Source: Rhynchopus sp. YZ270_cl-10 (Eukaryota). From it: 64,000 nt of DNA. The first letter of the stretch is position 1, and the number at the start of each line of letters is the position of its first letter. Under the pieces are notes generated by a model. The model was not told the origin of the DNA. It ran no database searches and saw only the letters and a list, made by a program, of their open reading frames with translations. Below, piece after piece: positions 1 through 12,894 of the stretch. The position numbers and the translations under genes are program-made. The stretch lies in assembly GCA_964035575.1 (NCBI GenBank), contig OZ037836.1, positions 2,046,001 through 2,110,000 on the forward strand. Reading direction: 5' to 3'.

Positions 1-1266
1 AGTGACCCACTCACGCTCGACCCTGTCCCTCCTTGTAAACAGTTCGCCTTCTCCTACGTTGTGCTAAGGAAAACCAAAAAACATGCTCAAAAATGATGGG
101 CACGGGGGTCAGACTCCACTTCTGACCACTTAAAATTAGGTCATACACGTGTTATACCCCAAACTGACCAAGAAATTTTCCCAGTGTTCGATGGTGATCG
201 AATTAAATCGGTGGTAAAAAGTGAAAAATGGGGCATGCCAGGCCCACGTCAATCAGCCTAAAAATGTTGCAACTTTAAACGCGCGTCTCTCCCGTACACC
301 AATATACACTTTTTAACACATACAGTACAGCAAGGGAAAACCAAGGGATTTTACCCTGTGTTCTCCTTGTTACGGCTGCACTAACCTAATCATCAAAACT
401 GCTCGATTTTGGCTTTATCTAAAAGATCGACATCAATTCTTACGAAATATAATTTATTTTACGATTTTGAGTAGAATTCTGTTTGCAGGGCGAAGTCACG
501 AGGCAGGGGGTGATTTTGGGGGTGAGCGCCAAAAAAAGTCCTTTTCCTAGGGTTGACCCACCTCCCTCCAGCATCCAACGATATGACATTTTCACGAAAG
601 TTGTCGATTCTTGCCTTATTATTGTCACACAGAAAAAAAATGTTTTTACGAAAATGAGTAGAACCCCATTACCCCTACCAACGTGTGGCATTCGTGCGCC
701 ACTATAGTGGCACTTGCCATGGGTAAAAACGGTTTTCTGGTTTTAGTGCCTCGCTGGCGACATCCGTTGGGGGGGATTCTGGTGTGAGAATGTTCTCGAT
801 TTTTGCTTTATTTGAAAGATTCGCCACAAAATCGTTTCAAGGAAAAGAGTCGGTCAAAAATTCCAAGTAGAACCCAGAAACTCTCCCTTGCCACCCATTT
901 CACGCCCATGCCCCTTGTACTACTAGGGGAAAAAAAAAAAACGATCGTGAAAAAAAAAACGATCGTGAAAAAAAAAAAAAAAATGTCAAGATCTTGAAAA
1001 AAGTTCAAGATCTTGAAAAAAACCGTCACGATCGTTCTCACACTATGAAAAAGTCCAAAATTTTAATTAGTTAAAGGCGGGCCACATGAATCACCACATT
1101 TCGTGACAGCCACTGATATGCATATATTCATGATACTGTCTTTCCATGGATACACCTGGAAAGGAGTTCCGTGCTATTCACAGAACTCGATAGGCGATTG
1201 AGCGTATCTAACAACAACCAAAACAAAAGAAAGTACAAAGAAGAGAATAAAAAATGCAGGAAAAAT

Positions 1267-2026
1267 CAGGGCGTTCGCCCCGGGGCGAAAAATATTTTTT
1301 TTCGTTAAAAAAATCTTTTCCTGAAAAAATGACATTTTATTTCGCCCCAGGGCTTCGCCCCACCGGGGCGAAACCCTGTTTGAATAAATAAATAAATAAA
1401 TAAATAAAAAAAGGGGGGAAAAAAAAAAAAAGAGAGAGAGAGAGATTTCTCCCCACCACCCTGTAGACCCCCCCGGAGGGGGGGTCGCAGAGGGGTGCAT
1501 GTCCACTGTACTCAAAATCATCCGCAAACCCGCCTGCCGTGAGAGGAAGTTTCCCCAGCACTCCCGCTCGCTCCTCAATCCTGCAGTCTGCTGAAGGTGT
1601 ACCGTACCCCCTGTTATAGAAGGTGTCACTGCTCGTGTCAACTCTACTTTCAACGGCAGAGAGTTGAAAATAATCAAAATAAGGATGAAGTCTCATATGA
1701 CAGATGCCTCTCTTGTACATCTGTTTGATTAAACAACACAAAGAGACCCTCAGTGAGGGGGGATTGATGAAATTCTCCATCGTTTTGCTGGTTTTAGTAT
1801 CAGGAAAGTTCAGCTGTAATATCACTTGTGCTGGGGAAGGGATCACGCGCAAATAGCAAATTTTTTTTGACCATTCAGTACCAGGGATTCACCCCACGAA
1901 CTAACTTCTCTCCGGCGGGAAAATTTTTTTTGACCTATTTTAAGCACTAGTAAAAAAACGAAAATTTCGGGGTTTTTGGCATTTCGCCACGATCAGGAAA
2001 AAACGATGGCGATAGCGAACGCCCTG
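1267..2026. mobile_element. Non-autonomous TIR element (MITE), hAT-like
   Basis: 12-bp TIR CAGGGCGTTCGC / GCGAACGCCCTG; exact 8-bp TSD GGAAAAAT at 1259-1266 and 2027-2034; no credible ORF. Confidence 0.85.
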
Positions 2027-4007
2027 GGAAAAATAGACAAAAAGAAAAACAAAGAGATTTCGACAAAGGAACAATATAAAATGTTTTTACGTTTTTTTAC
2101 GTTTGTAGAAGAAGGGACCTTGCGAACATTCTTTTTCAGGTGGACACCGTGACACTCACTTCCCATCTCAACAATTCTCCTTGAAAGAAAAATACGTTGT
2201 TTTACATTTTCTGTCACCGTGGCACTCAGCTACGGTGAAGGGTAGCATCTGTTTGTATCTGTGGTCCACGTTCTTGGGGAATTGTGTGGGTCCTTCATCA
2301 GGTTCTTTGGTCCCTGGTTTGTGGTTATCGGGGACATGACACTGTGTACATAATATATTATGTTGGTGTGACTGAGTGTGGGGATGCGTTCAAGAATTAA
2401 ACTCTTCCCCCCAAACCCCCTTTTTCGTCTTTGTTTTCTTTATCCAAACGGCAAGTGGATGAGTAATAATTTTATGAGGACAAATACTTTGTGGTGGGAA
2501 ATGATTAAAACATCCGAGACTTGTAGTTTATTCCTTTCCCCTATTATTGTGCACTCACCTCATTTCTGTACTTCAGGCTAAGGGTTCTCTCCCCTTTTGA
2601 CATCCTTTTCTGGACGTTTTTGGCGTATGACGTGAACACATATACGATAGTATTGGACAAAATACTCGAGACCAACACATCTTTCATTATCATCACTTTA
2701 CGTATTGACCGATACTACTCAAGTCAAGAAGACAAAAAGAAGTGTGAACGAACAACAAACAAACCTTTATTTTACCCTCTCCCCGTTTACGGTCGTTTGA
2801 GCATCAAAGAGAAACAGTCTCTCGAGCATTTTCATTTATGGACCCTCGTTCTCCATTTCTGTCTTTGCTCGTCGTGGTGCTTTTACATTCCCACCCCACA
2901 TTTTCAAATAAACGCACACTGGTGGCCAAGGCCATCTTTCGGTATTATAATGTCTGAATCAACTTTTGCTCGTCAACGCAGCGTCGTGCACCTGCTTCTC
3001 AACGTGCCCATCTACAGCACTCCCTACGAGGCTAGATTTGCTTTTTGATGCCACGTCCTGCATGTGCTCTGTCGCTGTGTTTTTTTTTTATTTTTGTACA
3101 GCGCTACTTAGCAGTAACCGTACCCCCCACATATTGGGAGTTTTGCTTCTTTGCTTTGTAGCGGCACTGTTCAGACGCTACTCTCCCTACCCCTCTTGTG
3201 TGCGCTGTCTGTTGCAATGAAAGCAACGCACGAACAGGTTGCCCACAACTATGATCTCTCTTCCTCCCATGCGAGTAGTATTTTTTTTGGGGCAGTACGC
3301 AGTGGTGCAGCTGCTGTCGGCGCAGGCGAACTTCAACTTCACTTACGCGCGTACACACACACAGTCAGCAGTATAGCACCCTTTGTACCAAGAGCCTGAG
3401 TGTGATCTGGGGTGAGGAAGCGTTCCAACTTTTCAACCTCTTCCCCAATTTACCTTTCACGCCTTTTTTACCCTCCCCCGTTTTAGAATCAACAGAGAGT
3501 GTACGTTAAGATTTGCATTTGCCTTGCAATTACCTATCTGTATGAGAGAGAGCGCATCTGAAGCACGTGCCGACCCCCCGTCCACCCCCCCAGTGAGAGA
3601 GTTTCTTTTGAAAATAGGACAAAAAAACAGAAGCCAGAGCTTCTCTGCCCAAGTCTCTGCCCAAATTAAATAACTTCGTTTTTATTTCCGGGTTCAGAAC
3701 TAGAATCAGAGGCCCAGATGTTTTTTCAATTCTGTCAATATTTCTGCTCCAATACGTTTTGAAACACAGCATGTATCTGACTCCGCACAGCAGCAAGCGA
3801 CAGTGAGGCTTGGACTGTGTTGCAAGCTTTTTCTCTTTTTTGTTTGTGTCCTGTCGAAAGCAGCTGGGAAGGTGAATGCATATTTGCCCTCCTCGCGTTC
3901 TTTCTCCACCTTTTAATTCATACAGATGTATGTGCACGAGAGGCACATTGTGAACCCCAGACCAGTCATCATCCCAAATAATGTTCTTTCCCCCAATACT
4001 TTTCTAT

Positions 4008-4210
4008 GATTACATGCAATGCTAAAAGGAAATTGAACACCGTACTCTACTCCCATCCTTTTTCCATTTTTCTAATCCGGGGCGGGTTGGAGTAGAGCCA
4101 CATTTCACCGACAGGTCGAGGTGTGTGCGTTTCACCACAACCTCTCCCTTTTGTCTTTATTGTTTTTATTGCTTTATTGTTTTCGGGGGTAGGGGAAAAA
4201 CATAAAAAGG
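4008..4210. repeat. Interspersed ~200-bp repeat, 3 copies in the window
   Basis: ATTACATGCAATGCTAAAAGGAAATTGAACACCG... recurs directly at ~50034-50210 and inverted at ~31500-31714. Confidence 0.8.
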
Positions 4211-4682
4211 AAAAGTAGGGTGCGGTTTCAATTTTTTCTGGATTCGTATGTCCCCAATCAAGCGCATTTTGTGCTTTGTTTTGTAGGTTCAGTCAGAGAC
4301 AGAGGATGCTGAGTGGACCAACATTGTGTCCATTCACAGTTCAAACATTGCACGATTGAACGACGCGACACTTTCCGCTCACAAAGTAGTGTGCGTTCAA
4401 AAAAACGGTGAGGGTAGAGCGTAAAACGCCACTCAGACAGTGCTTTATTGGTAGAGCTATAGCACCGCCCTTCTGTGGAAACTTCCAAACACCCTAATTA
4501 TATCAAACCCCACAGGTTTTTGTTGGTAGGTGGCCCTGCAAGCACCCCTTTCCTGATCGGGCCTGCGTCAATACCCACTGTACGATACGCACTTTCGTTT
4601 TCTAGACCCCCCCTGCCACACACCACCACCACCACCACCACCACAGGGGTACCCGCACCTCCCCCCCGAGTCCCCCCCGACC

Positions 4683-6126
4683 ATGGACAAACCCCGTACC
4701 ACACTGCACGTCAAGACGCTTGCGACGAACGAGGTGTTCCACCTGAAGAAGGTCAGCACAGCCACGACAGTCGCTACGCTCAAAGCACGGCTCAACCCGC
4801 TCCTCGGCGACAGCGGTGCAGTGACATCCGATGCTTTGGTGCTTCTGCGTGAGGGTGGCAGCGTCAACATCACCGATACCGACACCATAGCTGGTGCAGG
4901 GCTTGAGGGCGCCACCCTCCTGGTCATGACGTCCGAGCAGTACCACGGGTCGCCACACAAGGTGCCCCCCGCACTTCCCCCCTCTGCGCTGAAGAAGAGC
5001 GTGACGATACACGAAACGCCGACTCAGCGGAGCACGGTGCGGAGCACGGGAGCGGACGGTACCTTTGCGCTTCGCGTACAGTGCACGCTGGGGAGCAGCG
5101 GGGACGCGGTGTTGAAGGGCGTCTCCGCACGCAGCAGTGTCGGCTGGCTCCTCGACATCCTGGCACGCCACGTCGCGCACCCGCAGGCTGCCCTCCTCCT
5201 CCTCCACGACGGCCAGCCCCTTGCAGAAGGCGACTCCATCGGCTCTGCCGGCGTGACACCCGACTCAAAGCTCACCCTCATCGCGAAAGACCCGACACAC
5301 ATCCTCGACAACGAGAAGATCTCTGTATACCTCGAGACCGCGGCAGGCGACGTCACCTCCTTGAGGGTACCCCTCGGGTCTCGCGTGCAGGAGCTAAGCA
5401 ACGCTGCTGCCGCGAATTGGGATATGCCCCAAGGTGCTGTAGTCCTGAGTGTCGGTGGTGCCACCCTCGACCCGCGTGCCACGCTGTCTGCGGCAGGTGT
5501 GCAGGACGAACAGACGCTTCTCGTCACCTCCTCCCTCCCCGCAACCAGCCTCCGTCCCAAGACCTGCCATGTGTGCGGCCTCCCGCAGACAACCACATAC
5601 TGCACAGTCTCGGGAGAGCGCCACCTTGAGGCGGCAGAGGCACACCCTCTCCCAGGCGAAGTGACGGGGCCGCTCCTCACCAACTCGATACAGCCCATTG
5701 AGGAGGTGACCGCACCGTCCGCAACGGAGGCGATGCACATCACGATCTCTGTGTTCAACAAGGTGGACGGAAAGGAGTACCGCCTGCCCACACTGCGTCC
5801 GGGGGCTGTGACGGTACGCAAGGTGAAGCTTCTCCTGGCGAAGGCAGTGGGCGTGCCCGTCGCGGATATGGTGCTTAAGGGTGGCGGCGGTGCCGTGGCG
5901 TTGCTCGACACGCTCACATTGCGGCAGGCGGGCATCGTACACGGGGAGAGTCTGGTGCTCAGTGTACGTGGTCTTAACGACTTTGTAGCCTCGGGTGAGC
6001 TGCACGGCGGGCGTGAGCCCACTACACTAGGCATAGAACGAACGTATCCAACCATGTCGCCACCTAAGCAGTTCCCAACAGCGTTCCACCCTGACGAGCA
6101 CCCTTTGGTGCAGCCGCACTTTGACA
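4683..6126 (+). CDS. Exon 1 of a 3-exon multi-ubiquitin-like-domain protein (~4 UBL domains plus a CxxC...C...H Zn-ribbon-like motif); spliced product ~962 aa
   Basis: GC-rich ORF with repeated ubiquitin-fold patterns (LHVKTLATNEVFHLKKVSTATTVATLKARL; LLHDGQPLAEGDSIGSAGVTPDSKLTL; LSVGGATLDPRATLSAAGVQDEQTL; TVRKVKLLLAKAVGVPVADMVL) and CHVCGLPQTTTYCTVSGERH; GTATGT donor at 6127 (phase 1), followed by an AT-rich shift. Confidence 0.85.
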
Positions 6127-6447
6127 GTATGTTCTTCCCCCACACTCAGTCTATGAAAGCAACAGTGAATGATGATCATCTTTCCTTTGCTGCTTTCCTC
6201 GCCGTTCAAAAAACAGTTTCTCGTATTGTGCGAGAATGCCATCACAATCGTTTATCACCCAACCCTAACGAGCCATGATGTTGATCCAAAATTATTCAAT
6301 AATTAAACTCTTCCCCTAAAAGCCCCTTTCTTTGTTTTTCTTTATCCAATGAATGTACTTTATCCAAAACGAGGATGCGTAATGGTCCCTTCATACATTT
6401 ACGGCCAAAATGCTACAAAAAAAAAATCAATAAAAAAAACACAACAG

Positions 6448-7682
6448 TGGACGACACATACCACCGCGACGGCTCTCTCTACCATGACCTACAGCGACAG
6501 CGCCGCGAACATGCACTGTCACACCCTCACCACCATCACCACCATCACCACCACCACCCCACCGAACGCGACGTCCGCACCCGTCTCCACTACGACACCA
6601 GCATGCAGGGCTACCGGAAGGAGGACATGCCACCTGCATATGACATGTTGCCACACTCACGCCCCGCACCACCCCGCGATATGCAGCGCCGCGGGGTCGA
6701 AGCTGAGCTGGCAGCACACCCACACCTCACACAGTACAACAACTACGACGCAAACACCCAGGTCCTCTCCCGGGTGGACACCCTCCAGGATGCGCTGGAG
6801 GAAGTAAAAGATCAGCTCCACAGCCTCAAAGACCGGCAGGATGGTTTGGTAGAGAGTTTGGACAACGCAGATCGCAAGCAGGCGGAGCAGGACAACAGGA
6901 TTGCGGAGGAGAACGACCGGCGGGCGGTGAAGGAGCGCGAGGCTGAGCGCGAGGCTCGGTGGCTTCGCGAGGATTTGGAGGAGGAGAAGGCAAAGGTGGC
7001 GAGACTGAAGGGGAGGACAGAGGTTGCACCTCCACCACCACCCCCCCCTCCTCCTCCACAACCTCCAAGCCCACCAGGCGAGGTCTCCCGCAACAATGCT
7101 GCCGAGGTCCGCGGTGCGACCACCTTCGACTCCTCCGGCCGCATCACCTCCCACCACAACTCCCGCACCGCACTACCCCACGCGCACCCCGCACTCCGCC
7201 TGACCCCCATCCTCCCTGGAGGCTATGCACACACCTCACCACCACCCCCGATCTCCCCCCTGCAAGCCTCGCATGGAGTCGCCATACGCCACATCGGACT
7301 TCCCTCTGTCAGAAACCCTTCCTACAATGAAAGGGCCCAAATGGATGAAATTGCCTATGGACAGACCCCGGTGTGGGAGAAGACCCAAGAGACACGGAGA
7401 GAACCAGGGGGGGATGTGAGGGGAGAGGTCAGAGACAAAGAGAGAGTAGGATCTGTGCGCGAAGCCAATGCAGCAAGGGATGAAGCAGAGGAAGGGCGGC
7501 AGATTGCGCGGGAGAGGGAGTGGAGGAGACAGCGTGAGCAGGAGGCCGTGCGGGATGCGGAGATAGACCGAGCGTTTGAAGGGATAGCGGCAGAGGGTGG
7601 TGGGAGTGGTGGTGAGATGTTGTTGCGGGCGAAAGAGAATTCACCGTACCGCTTAAGACATAAATCGCCGAAGACAGCAACA
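6448..7682 (+). CDS. Exon 2 of the multi-UBL gene (poly-His, coiled coil, poly-Pro)
   Basis: CAG acceptor ending 6447; joining A6126 to TG gives in-frame ...PHFD-M-DDTYHRD...; ends at a GTATGT donor at 7683 (phase 0). Confidence 0.8.
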
Positions 7683-8459
7683 GTATGTTTTATCTCTTTT
7701 TTTTTTGTATTTTGCGCGGGGTCGAAAGTCATGCCAGGGACCAGGTTCTGGGGGAGGAGATGTGTGCTGTCTGTGTAGTCCCTCGAAACAAGAGGGAAAC
7801 TGCAGCCTGTAGCGTTTTTCCAAAAAAAAAAAAAAAAAAAAAAACCCCTCCGCAAACTGTATTTCACTCGGTCCCGAGATACATGGGAATTATCTAACAC
7901 CCCGTCCTGAGTTTTTCTCCGCGAATATGGTTACTAATTAGTTACTCCACTAAATAAATCGAGCAAAACTATGGTGAACTCAGCGGAGCCCGGTTTTAAA
8001 AGTGCCGAAAAAATGACCTTTTCGTTTTTGACGCATTGTGAGTTCCTCAAATGCAATTTTCAAGGGTAAACAATTTGGGTAACAAAAAGAAAACCGACGC
8101 AGGAGCTTTTCTTGGAACTGTTTTATTCTCCTCACCCCAACAACATCACATTCAGAAAAACACTGTTTTCCCGTTTTTATTCGCTTTCTTTTCTTCTTCC
8201 TCACACTTTGTTACTGTGAAGAAAAATCTTTTCGTTTGCCTGGTCGCATACTGCGAGTTTTCCTGGATGCGCAGGAAAAATGACTGGGGAGTGTTGGTGG
8301 CTCCGTGACGCCACAGAGCCGGCACACTCGTTGAGTGCCTCACAAAACCTAAAATACTTATTTGCTTTTATCATTTGTCTTCACGCTTTATCGTTTTTGT
8401 TGGGGTGGGAAATAAAATTAAAATCTAAATAAACTTCACCTATCTCTTGTGATTTGCAG

Positions 8460-8669
8460 GTAGGCTCTGTCAACGCAGAACGGTCTGCCCTTGAGCTGCA
8501 CGAGGCGTCCATCGATATGCAGGGACTTTCGGAGGCTGAGCGCAAGACAGAGCTCCGAATGGAAGCGGCACGCAAGGCGGAGCTGCAGAAGCGTGCCTCC
8601 CATAAAGCACGACGAGGGGCGTCCACACACACAGTCAGCAGTATAGCACCCTTTGTCCCAAGAGCCTGA
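8460..8669 (+). CDS. Exon 3 (terminal) of the multi-UBL gene
   Basis: Pyrimidine tract plus TTTGCAG acceptor ending 8459; in frame with exon 2 (KTAT|VGSVNAERSALE...VPRA*); spliced CDS totals 2889 nt. Confidence 0.75.
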   Translation, partial: VGSVNAERSALELHEASIDMQGLSEAERKTELRMEAARKAELQKRASHKARRGASTHTVSSIAPFVPRA

Positions 8670-9080
8670 GAGTGAAGTTAATCCCTAGTTTCGAGTGCGA
8701 AACGTTTCTCCATGTATTGCACGGGAAACAATATATATGACAAACAGGTGCAGGGTGGTTCCGTGCTTATCATAGAACCTGGCACCTTGTGTGTCTCCCA
8801 AAAACCAAAAAAAGCGTTGTGTGTGAAGTTTTGAAGGAAGGAAAAATAAAATATTTTGGCAATTTTTTTGTATTCCACTTTTGTTTATTTATGACTGACT
8901 GGTAGAGTACCAAAATAGACGTTACTGTAGTAAGAAAAATGACACCTTTTGTGTGGTTAGATTTTCAAAAAAAAAAAAGAAAGAAAAATACAGGGCTCTC
9001 AAGATCCTCCACGAAAAAACCAGAATTTTCGAAATGAGGAGGATTCATTTTTGTTTTTCAAATGTTTTTCAAAAAAAACC

Positions 9081-9777
9081 CAGGGTTTCCGCCAAGGGGG
9101 ACCGGGGGGGACCATGGACCCCCCCAATATTTTTCCCAGAAAAATCCGGATTTTTACAGGGGTTTGGGGGGGACCATGGTCCCCCCCAAGAAAAATGGGG
9201 TTTTGGAGGTTGTAGATGATCCCCCGTGGTCATGCGACCCCACCGTGCAGAGCATTTGGCTCGCTGTGCCAAAAGAAGTGGAAGGAAAAGGGGGTGGTGC
9301 AATCTTTTTAGAAAAGGGTAAAAGTAGCGTACCGTGCGCCTGCGGCGCTGTGTTGCTAGCTATGTGATATTGATATACTTCCATCGATACTTCCGTGCAT
9401 TGCCCCTTTTTCTAAGGAGGCTTCGGTGCAAGGGACGGGTAGTTATTACATGTTCCCACTGCAGCACTGTAATGACTGTAGCACCATACAATAGAAAAAG
9501 CAAACACCATCACCCTCCACTCTCACAGGACCCCTTACCTTGTTAAGCTTCCACCCCCGACCTCCAAACAAACCACCTCTATCAGACACACAGCTGTGAA
9601 GCTTGACATGGCTGCTATCAAACCTGGTGCACCCTTCGCCTCTCCACTCTGTGGCCTGCAGGGAGGCGCGCGCGAAGCGCGCGACGACCGCTTTTGCGGG
9701 GTGAAAAATTTTTTTTGGGGGGTCTTTTTGATGGTCCCCCCCAATTCCTGAAACCCCAAATCCTGGCGGAAACCCTG
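9081..9777. mobile_element. MITE family B nested in family A
   Basis: 14-bp TIR CAGGGTTTCCGCCA / TGGCGGAAACCCTG; absent from the 37099 copy of A; second copy at 37949-38692. Confidence 0.85.
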
Positions 9778-10401
9778 TAAACCCCCAAAAAAAAAAAATT
9801 TTTCCCCCCACAACAAGCGGTCGTCGCGCGCTTCGCGCGCGCCTCCCTGACAGCCACAGAGCGGAGAGGCGGGTCAATTTTGCGAGATAACAAAAAACGG
9901 AAATCTAATCCGTTCTCTTGCACCGTATGCTCCACGAACCGTACAAAACCAATACGTCTTCCAGAAGCAGGGGCTGATGCAACGGCGGGTAATTTTTTAA
10001 AAATGGCAAAAAAATTGCAGCTTTGGTGACGTTGCATTTTTTGGCTGCAAAATGCAAGGGTATCCAAAGACATTGCCAACTCTATTTTTTTGCAGAGCAA
10101 AAAAATAATATAAATGGCGCCGCAGGCGAAAAAAAATTAGGGTACGGTGTAAAAATGCTTCCTTTTACACCACAGAATCACTCAACGAACACATTTTTTG
10201 AGTAGCAAAAAATGGAAATGGCGCCGCAGGCAAATTTTTTTTAAAGGTGCAGCCCTGGACGGCATACAGGCTCGGGAAAATATTGGCTCCCTCGGGGGAG
10301 ACAAAGTGACCCCCACTATAAAACCCCTAGGAGGATAATCCTCCACCCGAGCCCGCCAAAAAAAAAAAAAAAAATGGAGGAAATCCTCCACCAAAAAAGC
10401 C

Positions 10402-11962
10402 CAGGGAAATAGCTCCATATACCGAATTATGCGACATCGCATAATTCTGGATTTTTGGGAAAAAAAAAAAAAAATAGTGGAGTTCATCCTCGGGTGTCTA
10501 CACTAATACAACCAAGTTTTCAAAAAAAAAAAAAAAAAAAAAGATGGTGTGACCACCCAAACCGATTCTCCGAGGTTCTTCCGTGGTTCTTCCGTAGGTA
10601 CTCCGGTAAGGGGGGTATACGATTTTTTTTTGTTGTTTTCGGTTTTCGCCCCTCGGGGGGGCTTCGAGACCTGGCAACCGCATACGTACCCTCAGGTTGT
10701 GTAAAAGTGATCATGCTGACCAAAACATAAAAGTAACGACCAAAAAAAAAAACGAAAAATGAATTTCCTAAAGCAAACTGACGGTGTTGACTTGGCTGTG
10801 CAGACACAGGCCCCTGGACAAGTCAGGACAGTGGCACGTGGGCACTACACCGCAACCCGGAGGAAAGGGAATGATACACCACCACCTGCACGCGGGTGCT
10901 ACAAACATTTTGACTGGGAAAGCCTCCAAGGCGGTCATGGCATATATAGTTGCGTATTACACACAGTACACAGTACACAGTACACAGTACACAGTACACA
11001 GTACACAGTACACAGTACACAGTACACAGTACACAGTACACAGTACACAGTACACAGTACACAGTACACAGTACACAGTACACAGTACACAGTACACAGT
11101 ACACAGTACACAGTACACAGTACACAGTACACAGTACACAGTACACAGTACACAGTACACAGTACACAGTACACAGTACACAGTACACAGTACACAGTAC
11201 ACAGTACACAGTACACAGTACACAGTACACAGTACACAGTACACAGTACACACGATATACGGGCGGTTCATTTTTTCTCAAGGGATTTTTTCCTCGCCGT
11301 TATTTTTTCGCGCGAAAATGCCATTTTTGGCACGTTTCAACCAATACAAACCCGTGGTGACCTCTCTCAGTCAAATTTGTGGTCATTTTCCCCTTGTGAC
11401 AGAAACCGAGAACAACAAAAAAAAAGTATACCCCTAGCAGTTCTCCGAGGTTCCTCCGTGGTTCTTCCGTGGGTTCTCCGTACCCCCTGAATCACACCAA
11501 AAGAGGGGATTTTTGGGCACTTTTGGGGGCCCCTCGCCCGACCCCCAGATCTCCCAAATGACTGGAATGATGAAATCGTAAAAGTTTCGCTCGCTGCGCT
11601 TGCAGATGTGCCGTACCCCTTAATTTTTTTTTGCCTGCGGCGCCATTTTCCTTTTTTGCTCCGCAAAAAAGGGTTTGTTGAGTGACTGTGTGGTTGTAAA
11701 CCAGCATTTTTACACCGTACCCTATTTTTTTTTCGCCTGCGGCGCCATTTATTTTTTTCCATACGGTTAGTGGAACGTAAGGTGCAAGACCAAGCTCCGT
11801 AATAAGGTATTACATTCCGTTTTTGGTTATCGCAAATTGACCTTTCGCCTCTCCACTCAGGGAGGCTTGCGCGAAGCGCAACGACCGCTTTCGACCGGGC
11901 GGAAAAAAAAATTCGTTTTCGCATAATTCCTGATTTTGGAGGAAAACCAAGCTATTTCCCTG
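10402..11962. mobile_element. TIR element C nested in family A, 9-bp TSD (Mutator-like by TSD length)
   Basis: 13-bp TIR CAGGGAAATAGCT / AGCTATTTCCCTG; TSD AAAAAAGCC at 10393-10401 and 11963-11971; empty site visible in the 37099 copy. Confidence 0.85.
10961..11252. repeat. (ACACAGT)n microsatellite, ~41 units
   Basis: Perfect 7-bp tandem repeat. Confidence 0.98.
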
Positions 11963-12894
11963 AAAAAAGCCTGAAAAAAAAAAAAAAAAGCCCCTGGAGG
12001 AAATATCCTCCCCTACGTGGAGGATCTTGAGAGCACTGAAAAATAGCAAAAAACAAATAAAGAGACAAACTTCCTTTTTTGATAGATCTTCAAATGCTCT
12101 GGTAAATAAGGGGTGTTTGTGATCTGAGATGGGGAACGCGTTCATTATGTAAAGTTTGGATTCAACCTTTCTCCACCCCTTCCCGCGTTCGTGATGTTGG
12201 ATACCTACCCCATATGCCAAAGCCAAAAAGTACCTTTTTCATAGATGTGTGGGTCATGTGTTCGTATGCCACTCTGAGAACCAAAAATGCGAATCTCTCT
12301 CAGTTTTTTTTTTTTTTTTTGCCCTAGATATTTCAAAGATTATTTTTCTTCTTTTTTACTACTTTTGTTGAGCGGAAAGTATCACGTCGTTCACTCACCC
12401 CAACCGTGCTCCGTAAGCAGGGGGAGGGGGGTGAGGGAAGGCAAGTGGCACTTTTTGCTGTTTTTTGTGTCGTTTGTGCCGCACGTTAGACTTATTCTGC
12501 AAATCTGGAAACCAGTAATATGCCATTTTACGCGTTTGCCTCCCCACCCTCTAGACCCTCTTTCAGTCCCCATACCATAGAAATGATTGCTCCCTTCTCT
12601 TCCGCTCACGAAAATTTAAATATTGTATCTCAACCTTTCTTGCAAAAGCATTAACTTGGCCTGAACCGACAGCCTATTGAAGACGTCGTTGTGATTTTCC
12701 TCTCGCGACTTTCCACTGATTTTCCTCTCAACCGCGTGTGGTGACGTTTCTGCGTTCGTACGACCTCCACCAATGCTTTCCTCCACGCACTCCGTGCCTT
12801 CTTCCCACCATGATTGCCTCCTTCAGTGTTCTGATGTCCTCTCCTACTCCCACAACCCCACCACACAACAGAGCAACACAAAAAAGAAGCCAAA

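Larger units (their letters stand above)
8991..12038. mobile_element. MITE family A, host copy containing two nested insertions
   Basis: TIR CAG(G/T)GCTCTCAAGATCCTCCACG; 7-bp TSD AAAAATA (8984-8990, 12039-12045); an uninterrupted inverted copy lies at 37099-37853. Confidence 0.85.

Noticed and set aside
2562..2575. TTTCTGTACTT as a spliced-leader remnant (also ~55523, ~55773)
   Set aside because: Only an ~11-nt match, lying inside a shared repeat module
10759..11490. ORFs over the ACACAGT and TATACTGTG satellites
   Set aside because: Stop-free simple-repeat artefacts
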